NCBI GenBank assembly: GCA_041645075.1
Contig: JBAZQS010000004.1
Coordinates: 1 to 58,146 of the forward strand
Direction: 5' to 3'
DNA length: 58,146 bases
Source: Patescibacteria group bacterium
GTDB taxonomy: Bacteria > Patescibacteriota > Patescibacteriia > 2-01-FULL-39-33
The position numbers and the translations under genes are program-made. Within the stretch, counting starts at the first letter, position 1. Every line of letters begins with the position of its first letter. Shown piece after piece: positions 28,258 through 36,589 of this stretch. The notes under the pieces were generated by a model. The model was not told where the DNA came from. It ran no database searches and worked only from the letters and a program-made list of their open reading frames with translations.

Positions 28258-28629
28258 TTATTTTTCGCGGTTAAGCGCTTTTTTGCAGGCCAGGCAAAGA
28301 ATTGATTCCGGACTTATTTTTAAAACCTCAAGTTCAATTTCCTTTTGACAGCGGTCGCAAACGCCGTATTTATCTTCGGCCATTTTGGCCAAGGCCCCGT
28401 CTATATTATAACGTTCTTCCTCTAATTTTTTTTCAAAAGAAAAATTGGTGGAATAATCGGCCACTTCGGTCGCGTTATCTTCCATGGAATTGCCGTAATT
28501 GGGAAAATCGGCGTCATAATTGTCCGGCTTGCCCTCGGCGCGATGGCCGATGCTTTCCAATTGTTTTATAATTCCTGACCGGCGCTCTTTTAGCCGATTT
28601 TTTAAATCTTCTAAAATTAATGTTTCCAT
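28258..28629 (-). CDS. TraR/DksA-family C4 zinc-finger protein
   Basis: C-terminal CDRC...CLAC four-Cys zinc finger preceded by a coiled-coil-like region. Confidence 0.7.
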   Translation of the reverse strand: METLILEDLKNRLKERRSGIIKQLESIGHRAEGKPDNYDADFPNYGNSMEDNATEVADYSTNFSFEKKLEEERYNIDGALAKMAEDKYGVCDRCQKEIELEVLKISPESILCLACKKALNREK

Positions 28630-28694
28630 AAAAATTATTATTTAAATTAATTTTTTTAAAGTAATCAGCCGCCAAGGCGACTGATTTATTAATT

Positions 28695-28871
28695 GAGATG
28701 GTTACAAAACTATTTTATCTATAAATTTAGGACTTTTTGAGCGAGACAAGGAGGGCAAGCGAAGAGATTTGAAGCGTAGCAGTAGCTACGGTGAAAATCT
28801 TTTCGCGCCAGCCCGACGAAGTCGTAGCCAAAAAGGACAAATTTAGAGAAATATAGTTTTGTAACCATCTC
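28695..28871. repeat. 177-bp TIR element, intergenic copy
   Basis: GAGATGGTTACAAAACTAT ... ATAGTTTTGTAACCATCTC termini. The same internal organisation as 22880-23056. Confidence 0.85.
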
Positions 28872-28915
28872 ATTGTCATAACTATATCAAAAAAATAAAT
28901 AAAGTGAAAGTGTCA

Positions 28916-28973
28916 ACCCCGTTAAATGATGCTTTGCCTCAATTCCGCTGAAAGCGGAATTATTTAACGGGGT
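28916..28973. repeat. two-tier hairpin
   Basis: Outer stem ACCCCGTTAAAT/ATTTAACGGGGT, a 13-nt 5' bulge, and an inner stem AATTCCGCT-GAA-AGCGGAATT. Confidence 0.5.
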
Positions 28974-28989
28974 CAAGGGGTAATTTAAG

Positions 28990-29261
28990 CAAAATTAAAG
29001 AGGCGCAAGAACCTTGCCTCCTGTTATTATATAAAATAATTTAGTGAGTGGTCTTACGCCCTTGATTCAGGCCTGGGATCGTTCCGTGTCTCACCCTTTG
29101 TGGGTAATGGCGAAAATCGCTCTCAAGCTTAATCTCTTTGTAAAAGAACGGCCTTAACCCAGTATCGGTGCGGTGCAAACCACTTTCTTTGGAGTTTGAA
29201 CAGCACCCAAAACGGCTTTACGAAAATACTGAGTAAAAAGCAGGGATTTACTATAATTTTT
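28990..29261 (-). ncRNA. candidate ~270-nt structured non-coding RNA of unknown class
   Basis: The minus strand has an extended -10 (TGTTATAAT, plus-strand 29268-29276) and a terminator (GAGGCAAGGTTCTTGCGCCTC + TTTAATTTT, 28991-29020). I could not find an ATG in the interval. It has local stems (GGTGC..GCACC, CAAAC..GTTTG, GTGAG..CTCAC) and is G+C-richer than its flanks. Confidence 0.35.
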
Positions 29262-29485
29262 GGCTGAATTATAACAAATTTCTGCCTTTTACCCTAACCT
29301 TTAGAATTCTTATCTCAATTTACTATAATATAAGTATATCACAATTTTTAGCGAAAGTCAAGATATAAATTTGTCTAATTTAAGCAATAAACCATTATTA
29401 CCCTTTATTTTATCCACTTTTTTTATTTGGGTTTTGCTGAATTTATCCACTACTTATACACATTTGTTTAAATTTAAACAAATTA

Positions 29486-30853
29486 TTATTTTAATAAAAT
29501 TTCTTTTCCCCCGGCCTCCAAATAATTAAAAGGCATGATATATTTCCAAAAGCCGGCGCCGGGCAAAAGGCCGGTCTTAATCCTCAAATAATCGGCTGAT
29601 GGGGCAGCCGGGCTAAAGCTTGTCCCGTGCCACGACACGGGATCAAAAAATTCTTCATTGTTTGTTATCTCCAGCTTGCGATCCTTAATTTTATAAGCCA
29701 AATAAAACACCTGGTCCGGAGCATAAACAAACCGTATGCCATGACGGTCAATAAATTCAAACCGGTTTAGGTCCGGCACCATCTCAATGATTTTTGTGCC
29801 GTCGGATAGGGCGACCTTTTTCTCCTTGGGATATTTCCGCGCGATAATTAATTTTAGGGTTTGCTCTATTTTATCAATGTCGTCTTGATTGAGGCCGCCG
29901 CTCAAAGAAAAAGATAAATAAAAGTCATAATCGCTAAAAATCCAACCACGATTATCCGGTTTTCTTCTGGCTAAAAACAAAATCTGGCTATTAACAAATT
30001 TATCCGCCAGCCCAATAGAAAACTGGCTGTTAAAAATTTTTAAATAACCCGGAAAAATTAAATCATCTTTTTCCGAAACCTGTTTTAGATTATTTTGCCA
30101 GCCGGAAATTATCTGGCCCAAACGGCCGGTGGAAAAAATCAAATCATAATCGCCGGCCACGTCAGGAACCGCGCCTTGGCAGTTCTGGCATTTTTTATGG
30201 GAAAATATTTTAACGGCATTTCTTTTTATCCGCGCGCTTAAATAAAAATTGCCGTCCGGCTCGACCAATAAATTACGCCCTATAGATAGCATTAAATCCT
30301 GTTTGAAATAAGCAAAAAAAATCGGGGAGCCGTATAAATTAAGCGAATTGAAGTTTGAGAATTTGCCTTTAGTTTCCCTTAAGATTTTATTTTTCTTATT
30401 GCTGACAAAATCCCCGATCAAATTACCATCAGCCGGCGCCAAGACAATATCTCGGCTTAAAAATTTAAATATCTTGCTCCGAACTTTTAAATATTTTTTA
30501 ACATTTTTGGGGCGGTCGGTCCTGATTAAAAAACTAAAGGCCAATTTGTCGTCTTTAACTTGCCCGACCACGGCCACTTCTCTTTTGATATCGCTAATTT
30601 TAAAATCGGCCAAGCCGCCATCGGCCAATATTAGGGAAAGCAAATCATTAAAGCCGGCCGAATCCTTGGCCGTGGGCAAGCTGAAATGAGCGTAAAAAAC
30701 CGCCTCGTTCGGCGCATACTTGATGAGCGTGTCGGCGAAATACCGCTGCCAAAAAGAAATTATAAAAATTACCAATAAAATAATTCCCGCCGCGGATAGG
30801 GCGATGGCCCGGCCGCAACGGGAATTATTTATTTGTTGCCAATATTTAAGCAT
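29486..30853 (-). CDS. hypothetical membrane-anchored protein
   Basis: 455 aa with an N-terminal TM helix and no recognisable motif. Confidence 0.5.
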   Translation of the reverse strand: MLKYWQQINNSRCGRAIALSAAGIILLVIFIISFWQRYFADTLIKYAPNEAVFYAHFSLPTAKDSAGFNDLLSLILADGGLADFKISDIKREVAVVGQVKDDKLAFSFLIRTDRPKNVKKYLKVRSKIFKFLSRDIVLAPADGNLIGDFVSNKKNKILRETKGKFSNFNSLNLYGSPIFFAYFKQDLMLSIGRNLLVEPDGNFYLSARIKRNAVKIFSHKKCQNCQGAVPDVAGDYDLIFSTGRLGQIISGWQNNLKQVSEKDDLIFPGYLKIFNSQFSIGLADKFVNSQILFLARRKPDNRGWIFSDYDFYLSFSLSGGLNQDDIDKIEQTLKLIIARKYPKEKKVALSDGTKIIEMVPDLNRFEFIDRHGIRFVYAPDQVFYLAYKIKDRKLEITNNEEFFDPVSWHGTSFSPAAPSADYLRIKTGLLPGAGFWKYIMPFNYLEAGGKEILLK

Positions 30854-30878
30854 GGGATATTTTTTCCCCTAAATTTCT

Positions 30879-33137
30879 TTACCGTCGCTTCATAAAACCG
30901 AAACGACCTCTGGAGCCGCGGTCATAGCGATGGCTATTATTATGACTATTGAAGCTATCACGGCCGCCGCGGCCGGCTTTGGGGTCATTGTTTGGGTCAT
31001 AGGCCGGGTCGGTCTGCCGCATAGACAGATTTATTCTGTTTTGGCTGTCAATTTCAATGACCTTGACTTTGACTTCATCGCCGATATTAACCACGTCCGT
31101 TACTTTTTCCACGCGGTTTATAGCCAATTCGGAAATATGAACCAAGCCGTCTTTGCCGGGCAATATTTCCACAAACGCGCCGAAGTCCATTAGGCGGACC
31201 ACTTTGCCCGTATAAATTTCCCCGACTTCAACTTCTTTGGTTAATTGCTCAACCCATTTAACGGCGCGGGCCGCGCCTTCGGCATCGGAACCAGTAATCA
31301 TCACTAAACCGTCATCATCAATATCAATTTTAACATTGCACTCCTCAATAATTTTATTGATTATCTTGCCGCCCGTGCCAATGACATCCTTAATTTTTTC
31401 CGGTTCTATTTGCAAAGTAACGATGCGAGGCGCGTAAGGCGATAATTCCTTGGGCTGACTGATGGTCTGTGCCATCTGGGCTAAAATTTCCCTTCTCGCT
31501 TCACGAGCTTGGGTCAGGGTGTCTCGGCATATTTGCAAACTTAAGCCCTTGGTCTTGGTATCCATCTGAATCGCGGTAATCCCGTCTTGGGTGCCGGTGA
31601 TTTTAAAATCCATGCCGCCTTCGCCATCTTCCAAATCCTGCAAATCGGTAAGCACTTTGTATTTGTCGCCGTCCGAAGCCAAGCCCATGGCAATGCCGGC
31701 CACCGGTTTTTTAAGCGGCACGCCCGCGTCCATTAAGGACAAACTGGAACCGCAGGTGGGAGCCATGGATGACGAGCCATTTGACCCCATGACTTCAGAC
31801 ACGACTAAAATTGTGTAAGGAAATTCTTCCTTGCCGGGCAAAACCGGCATCAGGGCTTTTTCGGCTAAAACGCCATGGCCGATTTCTCTCCGGCCCGGAC
31901 CGCGGAAATTGCCCACCTCGCCGAAAGAATAAGACGGACAATTATAAAAATGCATATATCTTTTCTGCGTATCGTTTTCCGTAATTTCGTCAAGCGTCTG
32001 GGCATCGCCCGGCGCGCCCAAAGTGACAATGGACAAAACTTGGGTTTCACCGCGGCTAAATAAAGCGCTGCCATGAGTGCGAGGCAATAAGCCGACCTCG
32101 GACGCGAGTGGCCTGATTTGATTGAGCCGCCTGCCATCCACGCGCAAGTCCTTCTCTAAAATCGCTTTTCTGGTCTCGTCTTCCAAATAGGCCTCAAATT
32201 TATTTTTTACATATTCAATAATTTCCTCGGGCTTGCTTTCGGCTTTTAATTTCTCCACAAATTCATCTAATAAAACTTTGGCGATTTCTTTTCTTTCCCG
32301 CTTGGTGCCAATGGGCTGATTGAATAAATATTTATCAATCTGGGGCGCGAAAAATTTCTTGGCTTCATCAAAAACCGCTTTCTTTTCCGCTAACGGCGCT
32401 TCGCCGCTTGCCTGCGCTTCTTCGATTAACAAATTTTCTTCCTGCTTGACCAGACCGACCTGGCTTCTAATGGATTCAATGAAAGCCAATAACGGCTTGG
32501 CCTCTTTGATGCCAAATTCAAGGGCTTTAAGCATATCCTCTTCACTCACTTCACGGCCCTGGGCATCAACCATTAAAACCTTGTCGTCTTTTACGGAAAA
32601 AATCAATTGCAAATCAGATTGCTCTAATTGCTTAACCGTCGGATTGATAATAAGCTTGCCGTCAACTCGGCCGACGCAAATGCCGACTAACGGCCCGAGC
32701 CAAGGAATATCCGAGAGATGCAGGGCCAAGGCGGCGGCCGTGATGGACAGGGCGTTAAACAAATTTTCTTCATCATAAGAAAGGGTGGTAATCACCACCT
32801 GAACTTCATTTCGCAGTTCCTGATTGAATAACGGCCTAAGGCCGCGGTCAATCATCCGCGCGTCTACGACCGAAGAATCGCTCGGCCGGCCTTCCTTTTT
32901 AACAAAACGAGAGCCCTTAATTTTTCCGGCGGCATACATTTTTTCCCTCACCTCAATCATCAAGGGGAAAAAATCAAGGCCGGGTTGCGTCTCCTTGCTC
33001 ATCACGGCCGTGGCCAAAACCAGGGTGTCGCCGTAGCTGACTAAACAGGCGGCGTTGGTTTGCTTGGCCACCTTGCCGATTTCCACTTTGAGTTTGCGGC
33101 CGGCAAATTCCAATTCGAACTTTTGTTCCTTAAACAT
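30879..33137 (-). CDS. pnp: polyribonucleotide nucleotidyltransferase (PNPase)
   Basis: Two RNase PH domains (GSSSMAPTCGSSLSLMDAGVP), KH and S1 domains, and an Arg/Gly-rich C-terminal tail. Confidence 0.95.
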   Translation of the reverse strand: MFKEQKFELEFAGRKLKVEIGKVAKQTNAACLVSYGDTLVLATAVMSKETQPGLDFFPLMIEVREKMYAAGKIKGSRFVKKEGRPSDSSVVDARMIDRGLRPLFNQELRNEVQVVITTLSYDEENLFNALSITAAALALHLSDIPWLGPLVGICVGRVDGKLIINPTVKQLEQSDLQLIFSVKDDKVLMVDAQGREVSEEDMLKALEFGIKEAKPLLAFIESIRSQVGLVKQEENLLIEEAQASGEAPLAEKKAVFDEAKKFFAPQIDKYLFNQPIGTKRERKEIAKVLLDEFVEKLKAESKPEEIIEYVKNKFEAYLEDETRKAILEKDLRVDGRRLNQIRPLASEVGLLPRTHGSALFSRGETQVLSIVTLGAPGDAQTLDEITENDTQKRYMHFYNCPSYSFGEVGNFRGPGRREIGHGVLAEKALMPVLPGKEEFPYTILVVSEVMGSNGSSSMAPTCGSSLSLMDAGVPLKKPVAGIAMGLASDGDKYKVLTDLQDLEDGEGGMDFKITGTQDGITAIQMDTKTKGLSLQICRDTLTQAREARREILAQMAQTISQPKELSPYAPRIVTLQIEPEKIKDVIGTGGKIINKIIEECNVKIDIDDDGLVMITGSDAEGAARAVKWVEQLTKEVEVGEIYTGKVVRLMDFGAFVEILPGKDGLVHISELAINRVEKVTDVVNIGDEVKVKVIEIDSQNRINLSMRQTDPAYDPNNDPKAGRGGRDSFNSHNNSHRYDRGSRGRFGFMKRR

Positions 33138-33268
33138 AATTTTTCCTTTCGGTTGAATCGGGCCAAGTAATTTTATTTGAAAATAGCCAGCCTCTTGCCC
33201 ATTACAACAGACCGCTTACTTTCAAATAATCCATTACCCGCGCCCAGATCAACTAATTATTTATTTAT

Positions 33269-33301
33269 GAGATAGTGATAAAATAATTTTGTCACTATCT
33301 C
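33269..33301. repeat. GAGAT-family hairpin in the pnp leader
   Basis: GAGATAGTGAtAAAAtaaTTTTgTCACTATCTC, about 15-bp arms, abutting the stop codon of the NYN gene and ~130 nt upstream of the pnp start. Confidence 0.7.
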
Positions 33302-33807
33302 TATTTTTTAATAATTAAAAATTTTCCTTTATCACTGGACAGGTCTAAAAAATCATCCGCCGCCTCAATTAATTTTGTGGAGGTAGTTTTGCCAAAAGCC
33401 GCCACCTCAACCATACAGCCCTTATTAACTCTCAAATATTCAATCAAGGGCACATAGTCGCCATCGCCCGAAAGCAAAATAATACTGTCCAAACGGTCGG
33501 CTAAAGTAATCGCGTCCACGGCCAAGCCCACATCCCAGTCCGCTTTTTTGGTGCCGTCCATAAAAATCTGCAAGTCCTTGCTTTTTAATTCAAAACCGGA
33601 TTTTATCAACGCGTCAAAAAAATGCTCTTCTTCGGCGCTGTGGGATTTAATGACATAAGCAATGGCCCTGATTAACTGGCGGCCATCGGTCACCGCCTTT
33701 AAAATTTCCTTAAAATTTATCCGGGCGCCGTACAGATTCTTGGCCGAATGGTACATATTGGACACATCAACGAAAACGCCGACTCTTTGATTTTTGTATT
33801 TGAACAT
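33301..33807 (-). CDS. NYN-domain (LabA/DUF88-like) putative ribonuclease
   Basis: VGVFVDVSNMY ... ILLSGDGDYVPL motifs. Confidence 0.7.
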   Translation of the reverse strand: MFKYKNQRVGVFVDVSNMYHSAKNLYGARINFKEILKAVTDGRQLIRAIAYVIKSHSAEEEHFFDALIKSGFELKSKDLQIFMDGTKKADWDVGLAVDAITLADRLDSIILLSGDGDYVPLIEYLRVNKGCMVEVAAFGKTTSTKLIEAADDFLDLSSDKGKFLIIKK

Positions 33808-33859
33808 AATTATTGTTTTTTCTCCCCATTCTTAAGGGGGTTTAGGATATAACACAAAA

Positions 33860-33875
33860 GGGGAGAAAGCTCCCC
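33860..33875 (-). terminator. intrinsic terminator after rpsO
   Basis: The minus strand reads GGGGAG-CTTT-CTCCCC followed by TTTTGTGTT. Confidence 0.6.
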
Positions 33876-33884
33876 TGTCTAAAA

Positions 33885-34244
33885 TTAGCCGGCTGGTTTT
33901 TCCCCACTTGCTTCTTCAATTTCAATTCCCCCCAGCTCTGCTTCTAAAATTTGCGGGATGTCTTCTTCTATTTTTTTTATAATTTTTATCTTAAGTTTCT
34001 TAACTAAATCAGTAAAACTCTCGGGGTTTTCTTTTTCTAAATATTTTAATAATCTACGGCGCTCCGCCACCTTGCGCAATAAACCGCGGCGCGAAGAATA
34101 ATCCTTCTTATGCTCTTTCAAATGTGCCGTGAGGTTTTTAATCTCTTCGGTTAAGAGCGCGATTTGCACTTCTGAAGAACCGGTATCGTTTTCGTGGGTA
34201 GCAAATTTTTTAATAATCTGCTGCTTCTTTTTTTTATCAATCAT
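33885..34244 (-). CDS. rpsO: 30S ribosomal protein S15 with acidic C-terminal extension
   Basis: [48 protein letters not shown]; about 30 extra C-terminal residues. Confidence 0.9.
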   Translation of the reverse strand: MIDKKKKQQIIKKFATHENDTGSSEVQIALLTEEIKNLTAHLKEHKKDYSSRRGLLRKVAERRRLLKYLEKENPESFTDLVKKLKIKIIKKIEEDIPQILEAELGGIEIEEASGEKPAG

Positions 34245-34443
34245 ATTTGATTCCTGCCGCGAAATTCCCAGTATTCGTCCAAATCGCTTATTAGCTAATG
34301 TGGGCAGAAACCAAGAATAGCGCCTTAATTATTACATCTGCTATCTTATGATAAATCTTTTAATTTGTCAATGAATAAATGCTTGATAGAAATTAATATT
34401 GATTAATAGATTTCGGGTTACTGTTTTTGTTTACCGGCTTGCC

Positions 34444-34587
34444 CTAATAATTAAGGCTGCTGCCGTAAGCCACTAAAACCCAGATCCAGGACAAGACGGA
34501 AAAAATAATTAGAAATACCAACCTCCACCAATCTTCTTTTCTCATCACCCGCTGAAGCATTGATTGACTTTTTTGTTTTTCGGCCAT
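34444..34587 (-). CDS. possible 47-aa single-TM micro-protein
   Basis: Hand translation gives MAEKQKSQSMLQRVMRKEDWWRLVFLIIFSVLSWIWVLVAYGSSLNY. No homology support. Confidence 0.3.
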   Translation of the reverse strand: MAEKQKSQSMLQRVMRKEDWWRLVFLIIFSVLSWIWVLVAYGSSLNY

Positions 34588-34658
34588 AATTTTTAAAATT
34601 AAGTAATTAATAATATATTGAATTATTATAACACAAAAATTGGATAATAAAAAAGAAG

Positions 34659-34696
34659 CCCCGCCTCGACGTTACGTCGGGGCGGGATTATTTTTT
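34659..34696. terminator. bidirectional G+C-rich terminator
   Basis: The CCCGCC(T)CGACG-TTA-CGTCG(G)GGCGGG stem is flanked by an A-run and a T-run, downstream of ORF 34724-35227. Confidence 0.55.
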
Positions 34697-34723
34697 AAAA
34701 ACATCTTGGGGGGGGGCAAGGCA

Positions 34724-35227
34724 TTAATCCCCAGCCGAGTCCGAACCAGTTTTCGGCATACCGCAATTGGGGCAGACCGTGGCTTCGCGAGAAGAGTCAA
34801 GATAGCCGCAGTGGGCACACGCCCGAAACCGATAACTCCGCTTGAGAAATTCCACCCTGACAGAAGGTGGGATTTGGACTGGCGAATTTATCGGCGCCTT
34901 ATTGGGCGGAGAGCGGCGCGGCGGCTCGCCTCCTCGCCTCGATTCGGCGAAGCGGGGATTCGGCGAAGCGGGCGGTCCGAGTGGCGGCAAAGTCATAACA
35001 CTATAATGATTTAAATCATGAATAGTGCTTCTGATATGAACCTGACCCGCCCGGCGAAAAATGCCATAAAGTTTTCGCGAAAGTTCATCATAGGAGTCGC
35101 CGGGAAATGCCCGCCACATGGCGCTTTGGCGAACCTGATAACCTCGCTTTTTTAAAAACCCCTGGAGCCACTGGATCATCTCTTGCTTGGTGATTCTGAC
35201 CATTTTCTCACCTCTTTTTGAATTCAA
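34724..35227 (-). CDS. hypothetical protein with C-terminal zinc ribbon and repeat-encoded Pro/Arg-rich linker
   Basis: CAHCG...CPNCG ribbon. The central PPLGPPASPNPRFAESRRGGEPPRRSPP is encoded by tandemly duplicated G+C-rich module DNA. The ORF is visibly G+C-rich. Confidence 0.45.
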   Translation of the reverse strand: MNSKRGEKMVRITKQEMIQWLQGFLKKRGYQVRQSAMWRAFPGDSYDELSRKLYGIFRRAGQVHIRSTIHDLNHYSVMTLPPLGPPASPNPRFAESRRGGEPPRRSPPNKAPINSPVQIPPSVRVEFLKRSYRFRACAHCGYLDSSREATVCPNCGMPKTGSDSAGD

Positions 35228-35327
35228 TAGTATAAGACAACGTCGGATTTTTAACTAGAATGAAAATTTATTTAAAGAACGTTTTTACTTAAAATCATTA
35301 TACCACACAATATTATCTTTGTCAAAT

Positions 35328-35831
35328 TCATTTATATTTTTCCTGTTTTATTTTGCTCTTATCAAAGTCCTCCTCGCTGTGCTCTGGCGCTTCATTGGCG
35401 GGAACGCCCAGAGGCATCAGGCATAAAACCCGATATTCCTCGGGAATATTCAAAAGATTCTTAACTTCTTTCTCGGCCTTGTCATTACCTTTGATTTGAA
35501 TCCAGCCGCTGCCCAGCCCCTGTTCAGTCGCCTCAAGCCAAATATGTTCGGCGATAATAGAGCAATCTTCAACCCATTCCTTGCTTTCCTGCTCATGGCC
35601 AACCACCACGATTATGATATTGGCATTGGCCGCGTGCGTTGACCAGGGCGTGGTCTTGGATAATTTTTCTTTGGTCTGGGGGTCTTTAACGATAACCAAA
35701 TCCCAAGGATAGGCGGCATTGGCCGACGGCGCATACATGGCCGCCATAATAATCTCATTTAATTTTTCTTCCGGAATATTTTCCGCCAGGTATTCTCTGA
35801 CGGATCGGCGTTTTTTTATGGCTGGAATCAT
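35328..35831 (-). CDS. nitroreductase-family protein
   Basis: 167 aa, KKRRSVREY...APSANAAYPW pattern. Confidence 0.75.
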   Translation of the reverse strand: MIPAIKKRRSVREYLAENIPEEKLNEIIMAAMYAPSANAAYPWDLVIVKDPQTKEKLSKTTPWSTHAANANIIIVVVGHEQESKEWVEDCSIIAEHIWLEATEQGLGSGWIQIKGNDKAEKEVKNLLNIPEEYRVLCLMPLGVPANEAPEHSEEDFDKSKIKQEKYK

Positions 35832-35931
35832 GGATTTAATTTTTAATTTTTAAAAAATAGTAGGTTATGCGGTTATAAATAATTTATATACTGCTTGGGG
35901 GAATATTAGCAAAATAGCAGCCAAAAATCAA

Positions 35932-35960
35932 TTGACTTTTTAAATAAAATCTGTTATTAT
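35932..35960 (+). promoter_or_regulatory. sigma70-type promoter of the tRNA cluster
   Basis: TTGACT-17 nt-TATTAT, ~45 nt upstream of the first tRNA-derived sequence. Confidence 0.55.
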
Positions 35961-36005
35961 TGATTTTGATGTTTCTTGTTAAAAATGTCTAACTATAAAA
36001 AATTT

Positions 36006-36055
36006 GTCCGCGTAGCTCAGTGGATAGAGCAGTAGCCTTCTAAGCTATTGGTCGT
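36006..36055 (+). pseudogene. outer tRNA-Arg(TCT) 5' portion (positions 1 to ~50); its 3' acceptor strand is at 36206-36215
   Basis: 50 nt identical to the first 50 nt of the complete tRNA at 36096-36168. The T-arm is replaced by a 20-nt inverted repeat (36056-36075 / 36186-36205). Confidence 0.7.
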
Positions 36056-36095
36056 CCCCCACCATTTGCTCTCATAAATAAAATCGCTTGCTCTT

Positions 36096-36168
36096 GTCCG
36101 CGTAGCTCAGTGGATAGAGCAGTAGCCTTCTAAGCTATTGGTCGTAGGTTCGATTCCTACCGCGGACG
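36096..36168 (+). tRNA. tRNA-Arg(TCT)
   Basis: Hand-folded cloverleaf: GTCCGCG/CGCGGAC acceptor, GCTC/GAGC D-stem, anticodon loop CTTCTAA, T-arm GTAGG-TTCGATT-CCTAC; 73 nt. Confidence 0.85.
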
Positions 36169-36233
36169 CGAACCGCAGGCGAAAAATGAGAGCAAATGGT
36201 GGGGGACCGCGGACGATATTGTGCTGGCGATTG

Positions 36234-36307
36234 GCGCCCGTAGCTTAGCTGGATAAAGCGTTGGCCTCCGAAGCCAAAGATCGTGCGTTCAAATCGCGCC
36301 GGGCGCA
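36234..36307 (+). tRNA. tRNA-Arg(CCG)
   Basis: GCGCCCG/CGGGCGC acceptor, anticodon loop CTCCGAA, T-loop TTCAAAT; 74 nt. Confidence 0.85.
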
Positions 36308-36318
36308 TAAAAATTTAT

Positions 36319-36390
36319 GGTGACTATAGTTTAACGGTAGAACAGCGGGTTGTGATCCCGCTAGCGAGGGTCCAACTCCCTCTAGTCACC
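36319..36390 (+). tRNA. tRNA-His(GTG) with encoded G-1
   Basis: G-1 opposite C73, acceptor GTGACTA/TAGTCAC, anticodon loop TTGTGAT. Confidence 0.85.
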
Positions 36391-36407
36391 CAAACAAACA
36401 AAAATCA

Positions 36408-36440
36408 CCCCGATGTCACGTCGGGGTAATTTTTGTTTTG
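36408..36440 (+). terminator. intrinsic terminator after the tRNA cluster
   Basis: CCCCGA-loop-TCGGGG followed by TAATTTTTGTTTT. Confidence 0.6.
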
Positions 36441-36554
36441 ATAAAATTTCATTTCTAAACGGTCATTTTTAAATAAAAAAGAAAGGCGGGCTTGTTCAAA
36501 TGCCTGCCTTTCTGATATATGAATTTGATTGTTGTTAACTCCTATTATTAGATA

Positions 36555-36589
36555 CGCAAAAAATAGCCGGTTTATTTCAAACCGGCTAT
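36555..36589 (-). terminator. intrinsic terminator overlapping the end of the CapA-like gene
   Basis: The minus strand reads ATAGCCGGTTT-GAAAT-AAACCGGCTAT followed by TTTTTTGCG. Confidence 0.55.

Noticed and set aside
28990-29261. Assigning the candidate ncRNA to SRP RNA, RNase P RNA, tmRNA, 5S or 6S
   Set aside because: The signature motifs were not found on either strand: GGAA-tetraloop helix 8, the P4 strands GAGGAAAGUCC / ACAGAA.CCGGCUUA, a tRNA-like 3' end with a CCA-proximal T-arm, and 5S loop motifs. 6S cannot be judged without folding software. The class is therefore left unknown.
34640-35014. Plus-strand 124-aa ORF overlapping ORF 34724-35227
   Set aside because: It starts inside a terminator hairpin and is an Arg-rich, low-complexity product of G+C-rich repeat DNA. 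The minus-strand ORF, with its zinc ribbon and upstream context, is the better model, though itself only moderate confidence.
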